Both the position numbers and the translations under genes were made by a program. The notes under the pieces were generated by a model. That model saw nothing but the letters and a program-made list of their open reading frames with translations. It ran no database searches and had not been told where the DNA came from. A DNA stretch of 64,000 nt from Candidatus Dormiibacterota bacterium (GTDB lineage: Bacteria > Chloroflexota > Dormibacteria > Aeolococcales > Aeolococcaceae), in assembly GCA_963709585.1 (NCBI GenBank), contig CAVPXI010000007.1:224001-288000 (forward strand), in the 5' to 3' direction. This document shows, one piece after another, positions 50,338 to 61,305 of the stretch; within the stretch, counting starts at the first letter, position 1; every line of letters starts with the position of its first letter.

Positions 50338-50500
50338 ATGACCACTGCATTAGTCGCTTCGTCTGATCTCAATCAGTGGACCAACCTCCCGATTCAGCTA
50401 ACCCGTTTCGTCGGCCGCAGAGCCGACGAGATTGAGGAGGTGCAGACCTCCCTACCGGAGGCTCATATAGTCATGCTCACCGGAGCCCGTCGGGATTGCC
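50338..50500 (+). pseudogene. N-terminal remnant of an ATPase-LuxR/NB-ARC type regulator
   Basis: TNLPIQLTRFVGR..EIEEV...L....IVMLTG, breaking off at the Walker A position. Confidence 0.55.
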
Positions 50501-50594
50501 AATTCCCGCGGGAGATGAGCATGCCCGTTCAGGCGCCAACTCGCGGCACACCACGGAGAGCCAACCTCGAGGCGCCGCAGGGTTTGGCAATTTC

Positions 50595-53500
50595 ATGAGT
50601 GACGAAGGGCTGCAGCTGGGCCTTGAGGGTTTTGCTCACGCCAGCGAGCTAGGTCGTGGCGGCTTCGGGGTCGTGTACAAGGCCTGGGAAACAGCGCTCC
50701 GACGGTGGGTTGCCATCAAAGTCCTGGACATCGGCCGTCTCAACGGATCGGCCCGCGAGCGCTTCACCCATGAGCTGCAGGCAGCGGCCCGGGTGTCAAC
50801 CCACCCCAACATCGTCACCATCTATGGGCAAGGCTTCGATGTTGCGGAGCGCCCTTGCATCATCATGGAGTGGATGGCAAAGGGGGCTCTGCAGAGCCCT
50901 GAGGTCGCAGCTCATCCCTGGCCATGGCAGCGCGCGGCCGAGACCGGCGTCAAGCTGTGCGGAGCATTGCAGGCGGTGCATCGGAGCGGCATCGTGCATC
51001 AGGACGTCAAGCCTGAAAACGTGTTCCTCTCAGAATATGACGAACCCGCCATTGGAGACTTCGGTGCTTCCGTGATCCAAAGCGTGCGGTCCACAGACTA
51101 TGCCCACCGCTATCTGACCATTGCTCACGCCGCTCCTGAACTGCTCAGCGGGGCTGACCCTGATCCCCGCATGGACATCTATGCGTTGGCCTCGAGTTTG
51201 GTGGCTTTGCTCCGCGGGTTTCCCCCTTTCTCGAATGCGTCTGGCGACACACCGGCCCTGATCATCGAGCGCATTCGGAATTCAGAGCCGCCTGACTTGC
51301 GGCCGCTAGGTGTTCCTGATCCATTGTGCACCACGCTAGAGCGAGCCTTAGCAAAAAATCCCGGAAACCGTCCGCAGACTGCGGGAGAGTTTGGCGAGGC
51401 CCTCCGGAGTGCTCAGCAGGCGGTTGGATTGTCGCCGACGCCAATAGTGGTCTCCAATCTCCCACTGGAGGCACACACCGCACCCAAAACGACAACCTAC
51501 GAAATGATTAGGCGGCACTCGTTGGATTCTTCGCCGCGTGCGGCGAAACCCATTGCCACCACGCCTGCCGCTCGCGAGGAGCGCAAGGTGATCACGGTTT
51601 TGTGCGCCGAACTGGGCCGATTCAGGGCTGGCGACGCGCTGGATCCTGAGGATATGCGAGCGCTACTCGCTCCAGCCTTGGCGCGGCTGCGGGTTGACCT
51701 TGAGCGCTTCGGAGGCACCGTCGCGAGCGTAGTCGGTGACTCGGTCATGGCCCTCTTCGGCGTGCCGATCTCGCATGAGGACGACCCTGAGCGGGCAGTG
51801 CGGGCAGCGCTGGCGATTCGCGAATGGGTGCTCGAGGATGACGTACTCCAACTGATCATTGCCATTAATACCGACGAGGCATTGGTCAGCTTTAGCCCCG
51901 GCTCCACCGATCGTGAGGCGGTGGCAGAAGGCGAAGTGATCACAGCGACCGCTCGCCTTCAGGCAGCGGCGCCGGACAACCACGTCCTGGTCGGCGAGAC
52001 GACGTATCGGGCGACATCACAGGTCATCACATACGGAGGCGTTGGGTCTCTCGCCGTCAAGGGCAAAGCTGAGCCGCTGCGGGTGTGGGAGCCACTCGGG
52101 GCGCGCTCTCGATTCGGCGTCGACCTTACGTCCGCGCTCCGCTCGCCGCTCGTCGGTCGAACTCATGAGCTGGGTGTTCTCGCGGACGCGCTCGAGCGGG
52201 TGCGACTTGAATGCTCCCCACGGCTCATCACTCTTGTTGGCGTTCCAGGAATCGGAAAGAGCCGCATGGTGGCTGAACTCTTCCGCACGATCGATGACAA
52301 CCCGAACGAAATCGTGTACTGGCGGCAGGGGCGCTCACTGCCGTACGGCGACGGGGTCACATTTTGGGCTCTTGGGGAAATGGTGAAGGCCCAGACGGGG
52401 ATCCTGGAGACGGACTCACAAGATGCGGCTGAGGACAAGCTGCGGACATCGGTTGCTGAGCTCATCCATGATGTGACAGACGCGCCGTGGGTCGAGGGCC
52501 ACCTGCGCCCTCTTGTCGGGCTCGGGAGTGGTGCGGCGGTCGGCAGCGATCGTCGGGACGAGGCTTTTGCGGCATGGCGACGCTTCTTTGAGAGGTTGGC
52601 CGAACTCAGGCCACTTGTGCTCGTCTTCGAGGATCTCCACTGGGCGGACGACAACCTTCTCGATTTCGTCGAATACCTCGTTGAATGGACCATCGGCGTG
52701 CCTATCCTCATCGTCTGCACGGCCCGCCCCGAGTTGTTCGAGCGAAGGGAAACATGGGCCGGAGGCACGCGGCACGCCACCACGCTCTCGCTCTCGCCCC
52801 TTTCGGACGAGGAGACGGCGCGACTGATCAGCAACCTCAGCGAGCGACCGGTGATGGCAGCCGCCACACAGCGGGCGCTCCTGAGCCGCGCCGGTGGCAA
52901 CCCGCTTTACGCCGAGCAGTACATCCGCATGCTCGCCGAACGCGGGGAAGCCGAGGAGTTTTCGCTGCCGGAGACGGTGCAGGGCATCATCTCGGCTCGG
53001 CTCGACGCCCTGCCCGCTGAGGAGAAGGCCCTACTGCAATCTGCGGCGGTTATCGGGAAGGTCTTCTGGCTAGGCGCGGTAGCGCGGGCGAGCGGAATGG
53101 ACCGCCGGGCTGCGGAGTTGCTTCTCCATGCCTTGGAGCGGAAGGACTTCCTCCAGAGAGCGCGCCGCTCGTCGGTAGCAGACGAGGCGGAGTACACATT
53201 TCTCCACGTCCTAGTCCGCGATGTCGCCTATGGACGGATTCCCCGCGGCGCTCGCGCCGAGGAGCATCGCCTGGCTGCCGAATGGATCGGGTCGTTGGGT
53301 CGGGCCGAAGACCACGCAGAGATGCTCGCACACCACTACCTCAGTGCCATCGAACTGTGGCGAGCGGCCTCGCAACCCATCGATCCCGTTGTCGGCGAGC
53401 AGGCCCTGGCGAGTGTGTCTGAATCTGGCGATCGCGCGATGTCGCTAAGCGCCTATTCAAGCGCAGTCGGCTTCTACCAGTCCGCGTTGGAGCTTGCAGC

Positions 53501-54803
53501 GCAGGGATCGCGGGAGCGGGCGCAGTTGCTGTTCAAGCTCGGCCAGACACTGGACATCTCCGGGGATCCCCAGCCCGAACTCCTTGCCGCGGCCTGCGAG
53601 GAATTGGAGGCAGTCGGCGACACCGAAACAGCTGCCGAGGCTGAGGCGACCCTCGCCGATTTGCATTGGCATCGAGGGGACACCGATCGCTCCGCCGAAC
53701 ACATAAGCCGCGCCCGCGAGCTGGTGGATGGGCGGGAGCCGTCACGCGCAACTGCGTCGGTCATGAGCAGTATCTCGAGGCGCCTGCTGATGGCTGGTGA
53801 GAGTGCTGAAGCGATCCGCTTCGGTCGGGAGGCACTGGGTTTTGCGGAAAAGCTTGCTATAGACGAATTGCGCGCGCGCGCCCTGAACTACATCGGCGCC
53901 TCAAGGCTGGACAGCGGCGACCGCGGTGGCTTCGGGGACCTTGAGCAGAGCCTTGCGATTGCGGTGGAGGCGAATGTTCCGACCGCGATCTGCGCGGCGC
54001 AGATGAACCTCACTACGGCGCTTTTTCTTGACGGTCAACTCGAGCGTTCGGCCGCCTTAGTGCAGGCGGCGACCGAGACGGCTTCCCGATACGGTCTGAT
54101 CAGAGACCTGCTCTGGATACGCGGGGGGGAGGCTGCTGACGCCTTTTACCGCGGTGATTGGGACGGGGCACTGGCTCTGGATAACGAGTTCATCACCGGG
54201 ATCGAGTCCGGTTCGCCGCACTACTACGCCGCGTGTTGGTATTCCACGCGAGCTCAGATCCGGCTTGGACGCGTTGACGATCTGGGAGCACTCGGGGATG
54301 CCGAGTCCGCGCTAGGGTTCGCCCGTCTGACTAAGGACCCCCAGATACTTTTCCCGGCGCTGTCGGTGTGCGCGAACATATTCCGCGAAACGGGCGACGC
54401 CGAACGATCGGCCGGGCTTGCCGATGAACTACTCGCGCATTTGCGAGTCGGAACAGGGACCATCCCGGCCGTTTGGCCCTTCCACATCCTCGCTTGGACG
54501 CTGTACGCCCTGGGACGAGGAGAGGAGTTGATCGCCAATCTCCCGCAGTCGGATGTGCCCTGGGTGCGTGCAGCACTCGCGTTTAGTGGCGGCGACATGC
54601 GCCGGTCCGCGGACATTTGTGGCGAGATGGGCGCAGCCTCCGAGGAGGCGCACGACCGGCTCTGGCTCGCAGCGTCGCTGATCGAGCAGAACCGTCGCGC
54701 CGACGCGGACATTCAGCTGCAGCGGGCCCTCGCCTTCTACCGCTCGGTAGGCGCGACCCGCTACATCCGCGAAGCAGAGCGTCTGCTCACTGCGTGCGGC
54801 TAA
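50595..54803 (+). CDS. Ser/Thr kinase - degenerate class III cyclase - STAND AAA ATPase - TPR protein
   Basis: LGRGGFGVVY, VAIK, HQDVKPEN, DFG, APE; EERKVITVL, GDSVMALFG.P..HEDD.ERA; Walker A GVPGIGKS, Walker B VFEDLHW, GGNPLY; helical repeats. Confidence 0.9.
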   Translation: MSDEGLQLGLEGFAHASELGRGGFGVVYKAWETALRRWVAIKVLDIGRLNGSARERFTHELQAAARVSTHPNIVTIYGQGFDVAERPCIIMEWMAKGALQSPEVAAHPWPWQRAAETGVKLCGALQAVHRSGIVHQDVKPENVFLSEYDEPAIGDFGASVIQSVRSTDYAHRYLTIAHAAPELLSGADPDPRMDIYALASSLVALLRGFPPFSNASGDTPALIIERIRNSEPPDLRPLGVPDPLCTTLERALAKNPGNRPQTAGEFGEALRSAQQAVGLSPTPIVVSNLPLEAHTAPKTTTYEMIRRHSLDSSPRAAKPIATTPAAREERKVITVLCAELGRFRAGDALDPEDMRALLAPALARLRVDLERFGGTVASVVGDSVMALFGVPISHEDDPERAVRAALAIREWVLEDDVLQLIIAINTDEALVSFSPGSTDREAVAEGEVITATARLQAAAPDNHVLVGETTYRATSQVITYGGVGSLAVKGKAEPLRVWEPLGARSRFGVDLTSALRSPLVGRTHELGVLADALERVRLECSPRLITLVGVPGIGKSRMVAELFRTIDDNPNEIVYWRQGRSLPYGDGVTFWALGEMVKAQTGILETDSQDAAEDKLRTSVAELIHDVTDAPWVEGHLRPLVGLGSGAAVGSDRRDEAFAAWRRFFERLAELRPLVLVFEDLHWADDNLLDFVEYLVEWTIGVPILIVCTARPELFERRETWAGGTRHATTLSLSPLSDEETARLISNLSERPVMAAATQRALLSRAGGNPLYAEQYIRMLAERGEAEEFSLPETVQGIISARLDALPAEEKALLQSAAVIGKVFWLGAVARASGMDRRAAELLLHALERKDFLQRARRSSVADEAEYTFLHVLVRDVAYGRIPRGARAEEHRLAAEWIGSLGRAEDHAEMLAHHYLSAIELWRAASQPIDPVVGEQALASVSESGDRAMSLSAYSSAVGFYQSALELAAQGSRERAQLLFKLGQTLDISGDPQPELLAAACEELEAVGDTETAAEAEATLADLHWHRGDTDRSAEHISRARELVDGREPSRATASVMSSISRRLLMAGESAEAIRFGREALGFAEKLAIDELRARALNYIGASRLDSGDRGGFGDLEQSLAIAVEANVPTAICAAQMNLTTALFLDGQLERSAALVQAATETASRYGLIRDLLWIRGGEAADAFYRGDWDGALALDNEFITGIESGSPHYYAACWYSTRAQIRLGRVDDLGALGDAESALGFARLTKDPQILFPALSVCANIFRETGDAERSAGLADELLAHLRVGTGTIPAVWPFHILAWTLYALGRGEELIANLPQSDVPWVRAALAFSGGDMRRSADICGEMGAASEEAHDRLWLAASLIEQNRRADADIQLQRALAFYRSVGATRYIREAERLLTACG

Positions 54804-54851
54804 GCAGGCTCTAGTGCATGGGGCCGCCGCATATTGGAGCGGAAACTGATC

Positions 54852-55781
54852 ATGACCGGGAGCACCTTCCTCGAGATCCGATCGGGTAACGATTCTGAAA
54901 TCGTTCCACTAGCCGAAGACAACATCACCATCGGGCGTGCCTTGGGCAACGGTTTGACCATCGACGACCCCGGTGTGTCGCGGCTTCATGCGCGCATACA
55001 AAGGCTACAGTCGGGGTGGAGTGTCAGCGACCTTGGAAGCCGCAACGGGACCCACGTGAACGGACAACCCTTGTCTCGTCCGGCGGTTCTCCACGACTGC
55101 GATGAAATACAGATCGGAGGCACCACAATCCGTTTCCGAGAGACTACTGCAAGCCCCATCGCCATCACTCTACCTCTGTCGTCGAGGGCTGTTCATGACC
55201 AAGCCGCGGCCAATACCTTCGTGCGGGGGGGCGAATTCTGGTCACTGACCTACGGCGGTGTGGTTGCGCGCCTCAGGGACAGCAAGGGGCTGCGGGACAT
55301 CGCTCGGCTCCTCGGGACGCCAGCGAGGGAGGTGGCCGCGGTGGATCTTGCGGGGGGAAATCTTGTTGACATCGCGAGGCGGCCGGCGACGGTCGGAGAG
55401 CTTGAACTCGGGGTGGAAGGCGACGTAGGAGAGGCGCTCGACGCTGAGGCGAGAGCGCAGTATCGGACTCGCCTGTTCGATCTCGAGGAGGAGATCGCCG
55501 ACGCAGAGGCGAACAACGATCCGGAGCGAGCCAGCCGCGCGCGCGATGAGCGAGAGTTCCTGCTCGGCGAGCTCGGGACCGCGGTAGGTTTGGGCGGCCA
55601 CGCTCGACGGATGCTCGATCCTGCGGAACGGGCGCGCAAGGCAGTCACTGGACGGATCCGGGATGCGATCGGGCACATCGAGACGGCCCATCCGGAGTTG
55701 GGGCGGCACCTGCGCCGTTCGATCCGTACAGGCAGCTTCTGCGTCTACGACCCGCCCGAACCGACGGACTGGCAGCTATAG
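54852..55781 (+). CDS. FHA domain + C-terminal putative DNA-binding output domain
   Basis: IGR...VSRLHA...DLGSRNGT.VNG; C-terminal GEFW...SKGL...LD.EAR.QYR...GLGG...ERARKAV...IRTG.FC.Y.P. Confidence 0.85.
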   Translation: MTGSTFLEIRSGNDSEIVPLAEDNITIGRALGNGLTIDDPGVSRLHARIQRLQSGWSVSDLGSRNGTHVNGQPLSRPAVLHDCDEIQIGGTTIRFRETTASPIAITLPLSSRAVHDQAAANTFVRGGEFWSLTYGGVVARLRDSKGLRDIARLLGTPAREVAAVDLAGGNLVDIARRPATVGELELGVEGDVGEALDAEARAQYRTRLFDLEEEIADAEANNDPERASRARDEREFLLGELGTAVGLGGHARRMLDPAERARKAVTGRIRDAIGHIETAHPELGRHLRRSIRTGSFCVYDPPEPTDWQL

Positions 55782-55892
55782 CCGCGGCGCCAGGGAAGGT
55801 GCCAGACCCGATCTGTCAGTGCTACCTGCGTTCTGGCGCCGTACTCGATGAAGGTCGCTCGCCAGGGCGATCACCTCGAAGAGGAGCGAGTA

Positions 55893-56108
55893 ATGGCCAC
55901 CACGAGCGCCGATCAGGAACAGACCGAATTGTCGGAAGCCGAGTTCGACGCGACGAACATGGCGGGATCCAACATTGACGAACTTGAGCGTGCCGCGATG
56001 GCGCGATACCGGAATTTGCAGGCTCTGTGGGAGACAGTCAGGCAGGCGGCCCGATGTGCGGACGCTCTAGCTCGGCTTGACGCCGCGCTCGCACGCCAAG
56101 CCGGATAG
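55893..56108 (+). CDS. Small hypothetical protein
   Basis: RBS GAGGAG; 71 aa, helical-looking. Confidence 0.45.
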   Translation: MATTSADQEQTELSEAEFDATNMAGSNIDELERAAMARYRNLQALWETVRQAARCADALARLDAALARQAG

Positions 56109-56240
56109 CGCGAAGCCGATTGTGACGTGCGCTGCCGGGCGCGCCGCGTCGCACTAAAGGTGTACGCGTGGGGTTGCGGCTCTGGCTTCCGCAGTTGACG
56201 TACGCTCGCTTAGTGACAGAGATTACGTCAGACTGACTGG

Positions 56241-57072
56241 ATGCGCATCATGTCCCTCGTTTGGGCGACGGATCTCGACGTGTTGCCAGCTGACCGTGTC
56301 GTTGAGCGGCGGGATGCGTATGTGCTGGTGCGGTCACCGAGCAATCCGGGTCATTACTGGGGCAATCTGTTGCTGTTTGAGGATCCGCCGGGCGCCGGAG
56401 ATGGTTCGCGGTGGGAACAGCGCTTTGATGCCGAGTTCGCTGCCGAGCCGCAGGTGCAGCATCGCACGTTTGCGTGGGACCGACTTGACGGGAGCTCGGG
56501 CTCCGTGGATGAGGAATTCGTCGGGCGCGGCTATGAGCTTGAGCAGACCGTTGGTTTGGTCGCATCCCTCAACGCCGTTCGGGCCCACCGCCGCGAGAGC
56601 AGGGACGTGCGGGTGCGGGCACTCGATCCCACTCGCGGCGCGGACCAGGGCCTTTGGGAGCAGGTTGTGGAGCTGCAGCTGGGTGGCCGCGACGAGCGTG
56701 AAAATAAAGCCAGCTATGAGACTTTCTGCCGGAGCCGGTTGGAGGAATTGCGAACGCTGTTTCGGCTCGGCCGAGGAAGTTGGTATGTCGCGCTGGACGC
56801 GAACGCTGACAAGGTTGTCGCGAGCTGCGCGATCGTCGTTACGAGCGGCCGGGGGCAGATTTCAATCCGTCGACACCGCAGCAGCGCACCGACGACGCGG
56901 CATTTGCTCTCGCCTCGTTGTTGAGGCGGCACGTCACGCCGCCCGTCAATGGCGCGCCGAACAATTTGTGATCGCCGCCGACCCCAGCTATCACGCCCTC
57001 GGCCTCTACGAATCACTCGGCTTTCGGCAGCAGGAACGAGTGTGTGGCGTCTACTGGCGTCCGTCCCACTGA
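56241..57072 (+). CDS. GNAT family acetyltransferase; +1 indel in a G-run near 56853
   Basis: VRSPSNP..YWGN; RFQSV.T...HRRRGIC..L, ALGLYESLGF in the next frame. Confidence 0.8.
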
Positions 57073-57554
57073 GCCCTTGGCCAATAGGCGCGCTCCAGGA
57101 AGCCGCGCTTCGGCAAGATCGATTTCGTCAGGGCCTTGCTCCCCAGGTGGGGGATGTAACGACGGATCGGTGCGATCCGGCCTTGGGCGGATCGTTGCTG
57201 GTGTGCCGGGTACGTGGATCCGTGCGCTCTGTGGATGGAGGATGCCGCTGGCTGAACTGACAGCGACCGTGGGGTTGTAGGCGGTTCCTTGTCTTCGGAC
57301 AAGCCGTTCTGACGTCCGACCGGTGAGATAGTGATAGGGGCATCGCGATGCGCGGATGCTTACGGGCGGCCCAACGCGGCGTTGTTCCGGTACATCTGAC
57401 GGCCATCGAGGGCGACCACGGCTGACTCGCAATACAGTGGGGCTCGGTTCGGAGGCCAGTTGTCCGTAGACGCGCCCGCCCCGAGTGCTAGTCGGTACGA
57501 CCAGCCGTCATGCCGAACGGCGCTGTGCTAACGCGCACCGGCCGAGCAAGGCGA

Positions 57555-57910
57555 TCACATGGCGCGCAAGGGAGCCACAACCACAGCGCCGTAGTGCTTG
57601 GCACAAGGCTTTGAGCCATTCAGCCGATCCAAGAGAAGTGCGGCTTGCTCGCCATTGAGGACCTGCATCTCCGTGCGTTGCACACTTGGCGGAGCTACCG
57701 CATCAGCGGGGTTCGTCGCGATGAGCTGCCAACGAACCGCGTGTGCGCGGGCCTCACGGAGAAAACTGTGGTGATGCAGCACAGTCCGGCGGGAGAGTCC
57801 ACCAGCGCCGCGCTTTCGTCCCCCTGCGAGCCACTGCCTCTCTCCAGAGAGACTGTGCGCCGGACGGAATTGATCTAGCCGGATCGAGCCGAGAGTCACG
57901 ACGAGACGAT
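57555..57910 (-). pseudogene. Tyrosine recombinase/integrase fragment (core-binding region only)
   Basis: LGSIRL..., GGLS.RTV...H..L..A...AVRW.LI.TNPA.AV.PP......MQVL..EQ...LL; catalytic R-H-R-Y region missing. Confidence 0.75.
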
Positions 57911-58327
57911 CTCGGACGATTCCCTCATCTTCACGGATGGCAACCCTAGCGGCACGGTAAGCGACGTCGTCGCCAGCATCAACTGGGGGACGGCAGCGCG
58001 CCAACCTATAGGAAGCGTCACCGGACCATCCGGAGGGGGCCGTTCACAGTCTCTGGCGCCGACGCGTGTCCGTCAACGCGCAGTTCAACGCGTATACCGT
58101 ACAAGCGTCCATCGGTGACGACGGGGGAGTACCGCCGCAGCTGGGACCGGTTGTCCAGTCATCGTTGGTAATGGTGCCTTCGTCATCGGTAGCACGTCAG
58201 ACAGCATCGGGTCTTATCGCTTGTGCTGCACTGCACCGTTAACTCGCAAGAAATCCACAAGACTCGAAGCGCACGTTTCACGGACTGCCGCTTCGGCAAA
58301 CGCGCGATCAGCTCGGCAACGCGCGCC

Positions 58328-58363
58328 AAAGGGCCCTCACCTGATCCAATCGGTGAGGGCCCT
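58328..58363 (-). terminator. Intrinsic terminator of the secreted-protein gene
   Basis: AGGGCCCTCACC/GGTGAGGGCCCT 12-bp stem followed by a short T run on the minus strand, ~12 nt after the stop. Confidence 0.75.
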
Positions 58364-58375
58364 GGCGACCTCCTA

Positions 58376-59110
58376 TTAGCAGCAGGAGCCGTAATAATGT
58401 GTGATGCCGTTGGCGTAGACGTCGAAGCGGACGTAGCCCCATGCCTTGTAGAACGGGGTCGTGTATGGAGACACCCAGAAGTTTACGCCAGCCATCGCTG
58501 GATTCCCGTTCCAGTAGCCGCACCAGCCCCCTTGGTCGTAGCCCCCGAAGTACGCCCCGGCGTGGAAGGGACAATCGGGACCCCAGTTCTTCCACACGGA
58601 CGAGTTGTTGCTACAGAACCCAACATTGAGTGACTGCACGCCAGCGAGCGACGTGCCTGAGAAGACGTACCAGTTCGTCCAGAAACCCCGGCACCCGGAC
58701 CACGCCGCAGCGTGCACTGGGGCGCCGGGGATGCTGAGATTTGACGATGCAGGTGTCGGCGTCAGCTGACGGTCGTGTGTCGTCCGCTCGACGGCAAGTA
58801 TGCGCACGTACCCGGCGCTGTTGTTGGCCGCGACCACGAAGTCCCCGGGACGGTCGATGACACCCGAAGTGACCACCACGGCGTTCGGCCAGTCGCGGTG
58901 TGCACGAGCCAGCACCGTCGCCGACATCGCGGTAGCCAGGTGGGCGCTAGCCGGGACCGGCTTACCGTGAGCAACGAACGTGGCGGGCTGGGTGCCGACA
59001 GCTTCCGCGTTGACCAGAGCGAGACTTCCTACAGACAGCATCGCTCCCAGGGCGAGGCGACGCGCGGATCTGAAGACCAGCGCACCCCTGCGCTTATGCG
59101 TCGAGAACAT
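58376..59110 (-). CDS. Secreted protein with Trp/Tyr/Gly/Cys-rich C-terminal domain
   Basis: RBS GGAGGT; Arg-rich + hydrophobic signal; C-terminal ~110 aa WSGCRGFW...YYGSCC; own terminator. Confidence 0.75.
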   Translation of the reverse strand: MFSTHKRRGALVFRSARRLALGAMLSVGSLALVNAEAVGTQPATFVAHGKPVPASAHLATAMSATVLARAHRDWPNAVVVTSGVIDRPGDFVVAANNSAGYVRILAVERTTHDRQLTPTPASSNLSIPGAPVHAAAWSGCRGFWTNWYVFSGTSLAGVQSLNVGFCSNNSSVWKNWGPDCPFHAGAYFGGYDQGGWCGYWNGNPAMAGVNFWVSPYTTPFYKAWGYVRFDVYANGITHYYGSCC

Positions 59111-60286
59111 AGATCTACCTCCGAGGAGGATCCGACCATCTTAAGGTCAGTCGATCCTCGTTGATAGCTGCGCTAGAAACCATCTCGCATCGTCAGAAAC
59201 GCTCTGGCGATTTCCGCGCTCGCGTTGCCAGAATCGGTCTGGCACTATTTACGACCGTGCCGCCACGGTTTCGGCTGGTGTCCTTGGAACCGCTCAAATC
59301 CTTCTAGCCGTGCCATCATGCCCAACTCGCCTATCCTGTTCTGTGCTGTTGATGCACGGCTGGTCAGTCTTGAGGCCAGAGTAGCAGTTCCTTCGAGGCG
59401 TAACCGTGCTCGGCGCAATACGGACGTAGAGGCGTCGCCAGCGGGGAGGCTACGATCCCCCGGTGGCCCTGGGGGAGGGTCGGGCGCTTTCGTGGCGGAG
59501 GAGATCGGCCTGATGGACGGAACTAGGCATGGGTATAGCCAGTCCCGCGAAGGGTAGTGGGAATACCATCGAGGTCCGCGAGTGTCGACGTGCTGAAGTG
59601 ACGGTACGGCCCAAACCCGGCCCGAGCAATCCTCCGCCCGGGTGAACAGCCGAAACGTCCGCTCCACGCTCAACGCGAGTTACCGCTCGCTCACCGGAGC
59701 TTGATCTCCACGCCAGGCTACCGAGTGTGAGCGCCCCGTTGATCGGGCCACCTACTCACTCGTCATCGGTCCACACCCTTGCAAGCCCCGATCGCCTGGC
59801 GGGGCAGCCGCTGCCTCGCGGCGGTTGACCATTCCTCTTACATCAAACGGTCGATTGGTGGTAGTTGTTGCCACGCTGACGACGACCTCCGATCAGAGCG
59901 ACACGTAGGCTCGGGGGCGTCGCCGGGACGACGAGTGGACACGAGGCGCGCCGCATCCGCGTCGCCGGCTCGCATCACCTAATGCCACATTAGCCACTCC
60001 TACTCACACCTCCGATTCCTGGATTCTGAACTCCTTAGCAGCGACTGAGCGAATCCTTTCCGATGACATCAGCGAGTAATTGGTTTGACTAGCGTGCCGA
60101 CCGCCGAGCATGCGGCCGCATGCTCAACCACGCGCTCTCGGGCCAATAGACGAACTAGTGGTGCGTCGCGGAGTTGATCTGGTGGAGTGCCCGGCGCGTG
60201 TCGGGTGGCGGTCGTCAGCGAGGACGTGGTTACAGGGCGCCCAGGTGCAACGGCGTGCCTCTTTGGGAGACTTGCGCTCTAGACGT

Positions 60287-60760
60287 TCAAGGCAGCTCGA
60301 GAATGGTCTCCTCGATCTCGACGGCCCGTCCCGGGGCAAAGGACACCTCCGTACCGATCGGGTGGAAGCCCGCCTTCTGAAGGACTCGTAGCGACCCAGC
60401 GTTGTCGCTCGCGGCACGGGCTCGGATCGGCCGAACCGAGATCTCCTCGAGGAGCAGGCCGAGCGCCCGGGTTGCAATCCCTTGCCCCCAGCAAGTGCGA
60501 TCTATCCAATAGGTGACCTCGGTCGCTCCGTCCGAGACGTAGCTCGCGATGGTGCCGACGAGTCGAGAATCGCAGATGATGGCCCGAAGCCTGTTCTCAG
60601 AGGAGGACATGACCTTCGCCATATGGGCGTCGAAGGCGCTTCGATCGTTCGGGTCCTCAGGTGTGAATGCCGCCATGCGTACTGAGTCCGGATCGCGCAT
60701 CTGCTCGAAGATCGCGTCGAGATCCCTTACTTCTACCGGACGAAGTGCAAACTGCGACAT
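60287..60760 (-). CDS. RimJ/RimL-type GNAT acetyltransferase
   Basis: LRPV...DL, EVTYWI....WGQGIATRAL, DN.GS.RVL.K.GF; RBS AGGAGG. Confidence 0.88.
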   Translation of the reverse strand: MSQFALRPVEVRDLDAIFEQMRDPDSVRMAAFTPEDPNDRSAFDAHMAKVMSSSENRLRAIICDSRLVGTIASYVSDGATEVTYWIDRTCWGQGIATRALGLLLEEISVRPIRARAASDNAGSLRVLQKAGFHPIGTEVSFAPGRAVEIEETILELP

Positions 60761-61305
60761 GCGGACGGTCCTCCTGGTTCCAGCAGCGTTCTGACAACCA
60801 ATCTCCGGACGCGACAAATTTGCTGCGGTGGTGCATCCGTTAGCATACCCGCCGCGGCACTGCGGGAAGGGATCAGCAGGTGGTCAGACTGAGACAGCTC
60901 CACGGCTTGGATCATCGCTCACCACTGTGAACTCATCCCCCTCAGACACAGCTGATGAGAAGGTATCCGTTCTAGTGGCGCCGGATGTTGGCGGTTCGCC
61001 TTCATCCATATCCGCTGACTCCCTATCCTCGATCATGAGCATCGAGTGATTTCGGCTCTCGCCAAACTCGAAACGCCTCATCCGTCGGCAGGTTATGATC
61101 GGGGAGAATCTGAGGAGGGCCATGTGTACAGGTCGTCGTCAGTCGATCGAACTGCCGGTCCCCAACGCTGCCTCGGGTCCCGAAGTACTCTTGGCTCACG
61201 ACAAGCAACCGACTCAGCCACCTGAGGTGGGCATCACCGCCTCCTGGCTGACGTCGTCTCCCAACCAAATGCTTGGGTTTTGCTACTGCGGAGGTAAACC
61301 GCAGC

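Noticed and set aside
59165-60280. ORFs 59225-59557, 59245-59673 and 59779-59982
   Set aside because: No recognisable motifs or RBS; likely decayed island sequence
30869-61045. Identical 18-mer CTCGATCATGAGCATCGA at 30869-30886 (minus) and 61028-61045 (plus)
   Set aside because: A single quasi-palindromic match with no flanking similarity; plausible by chance
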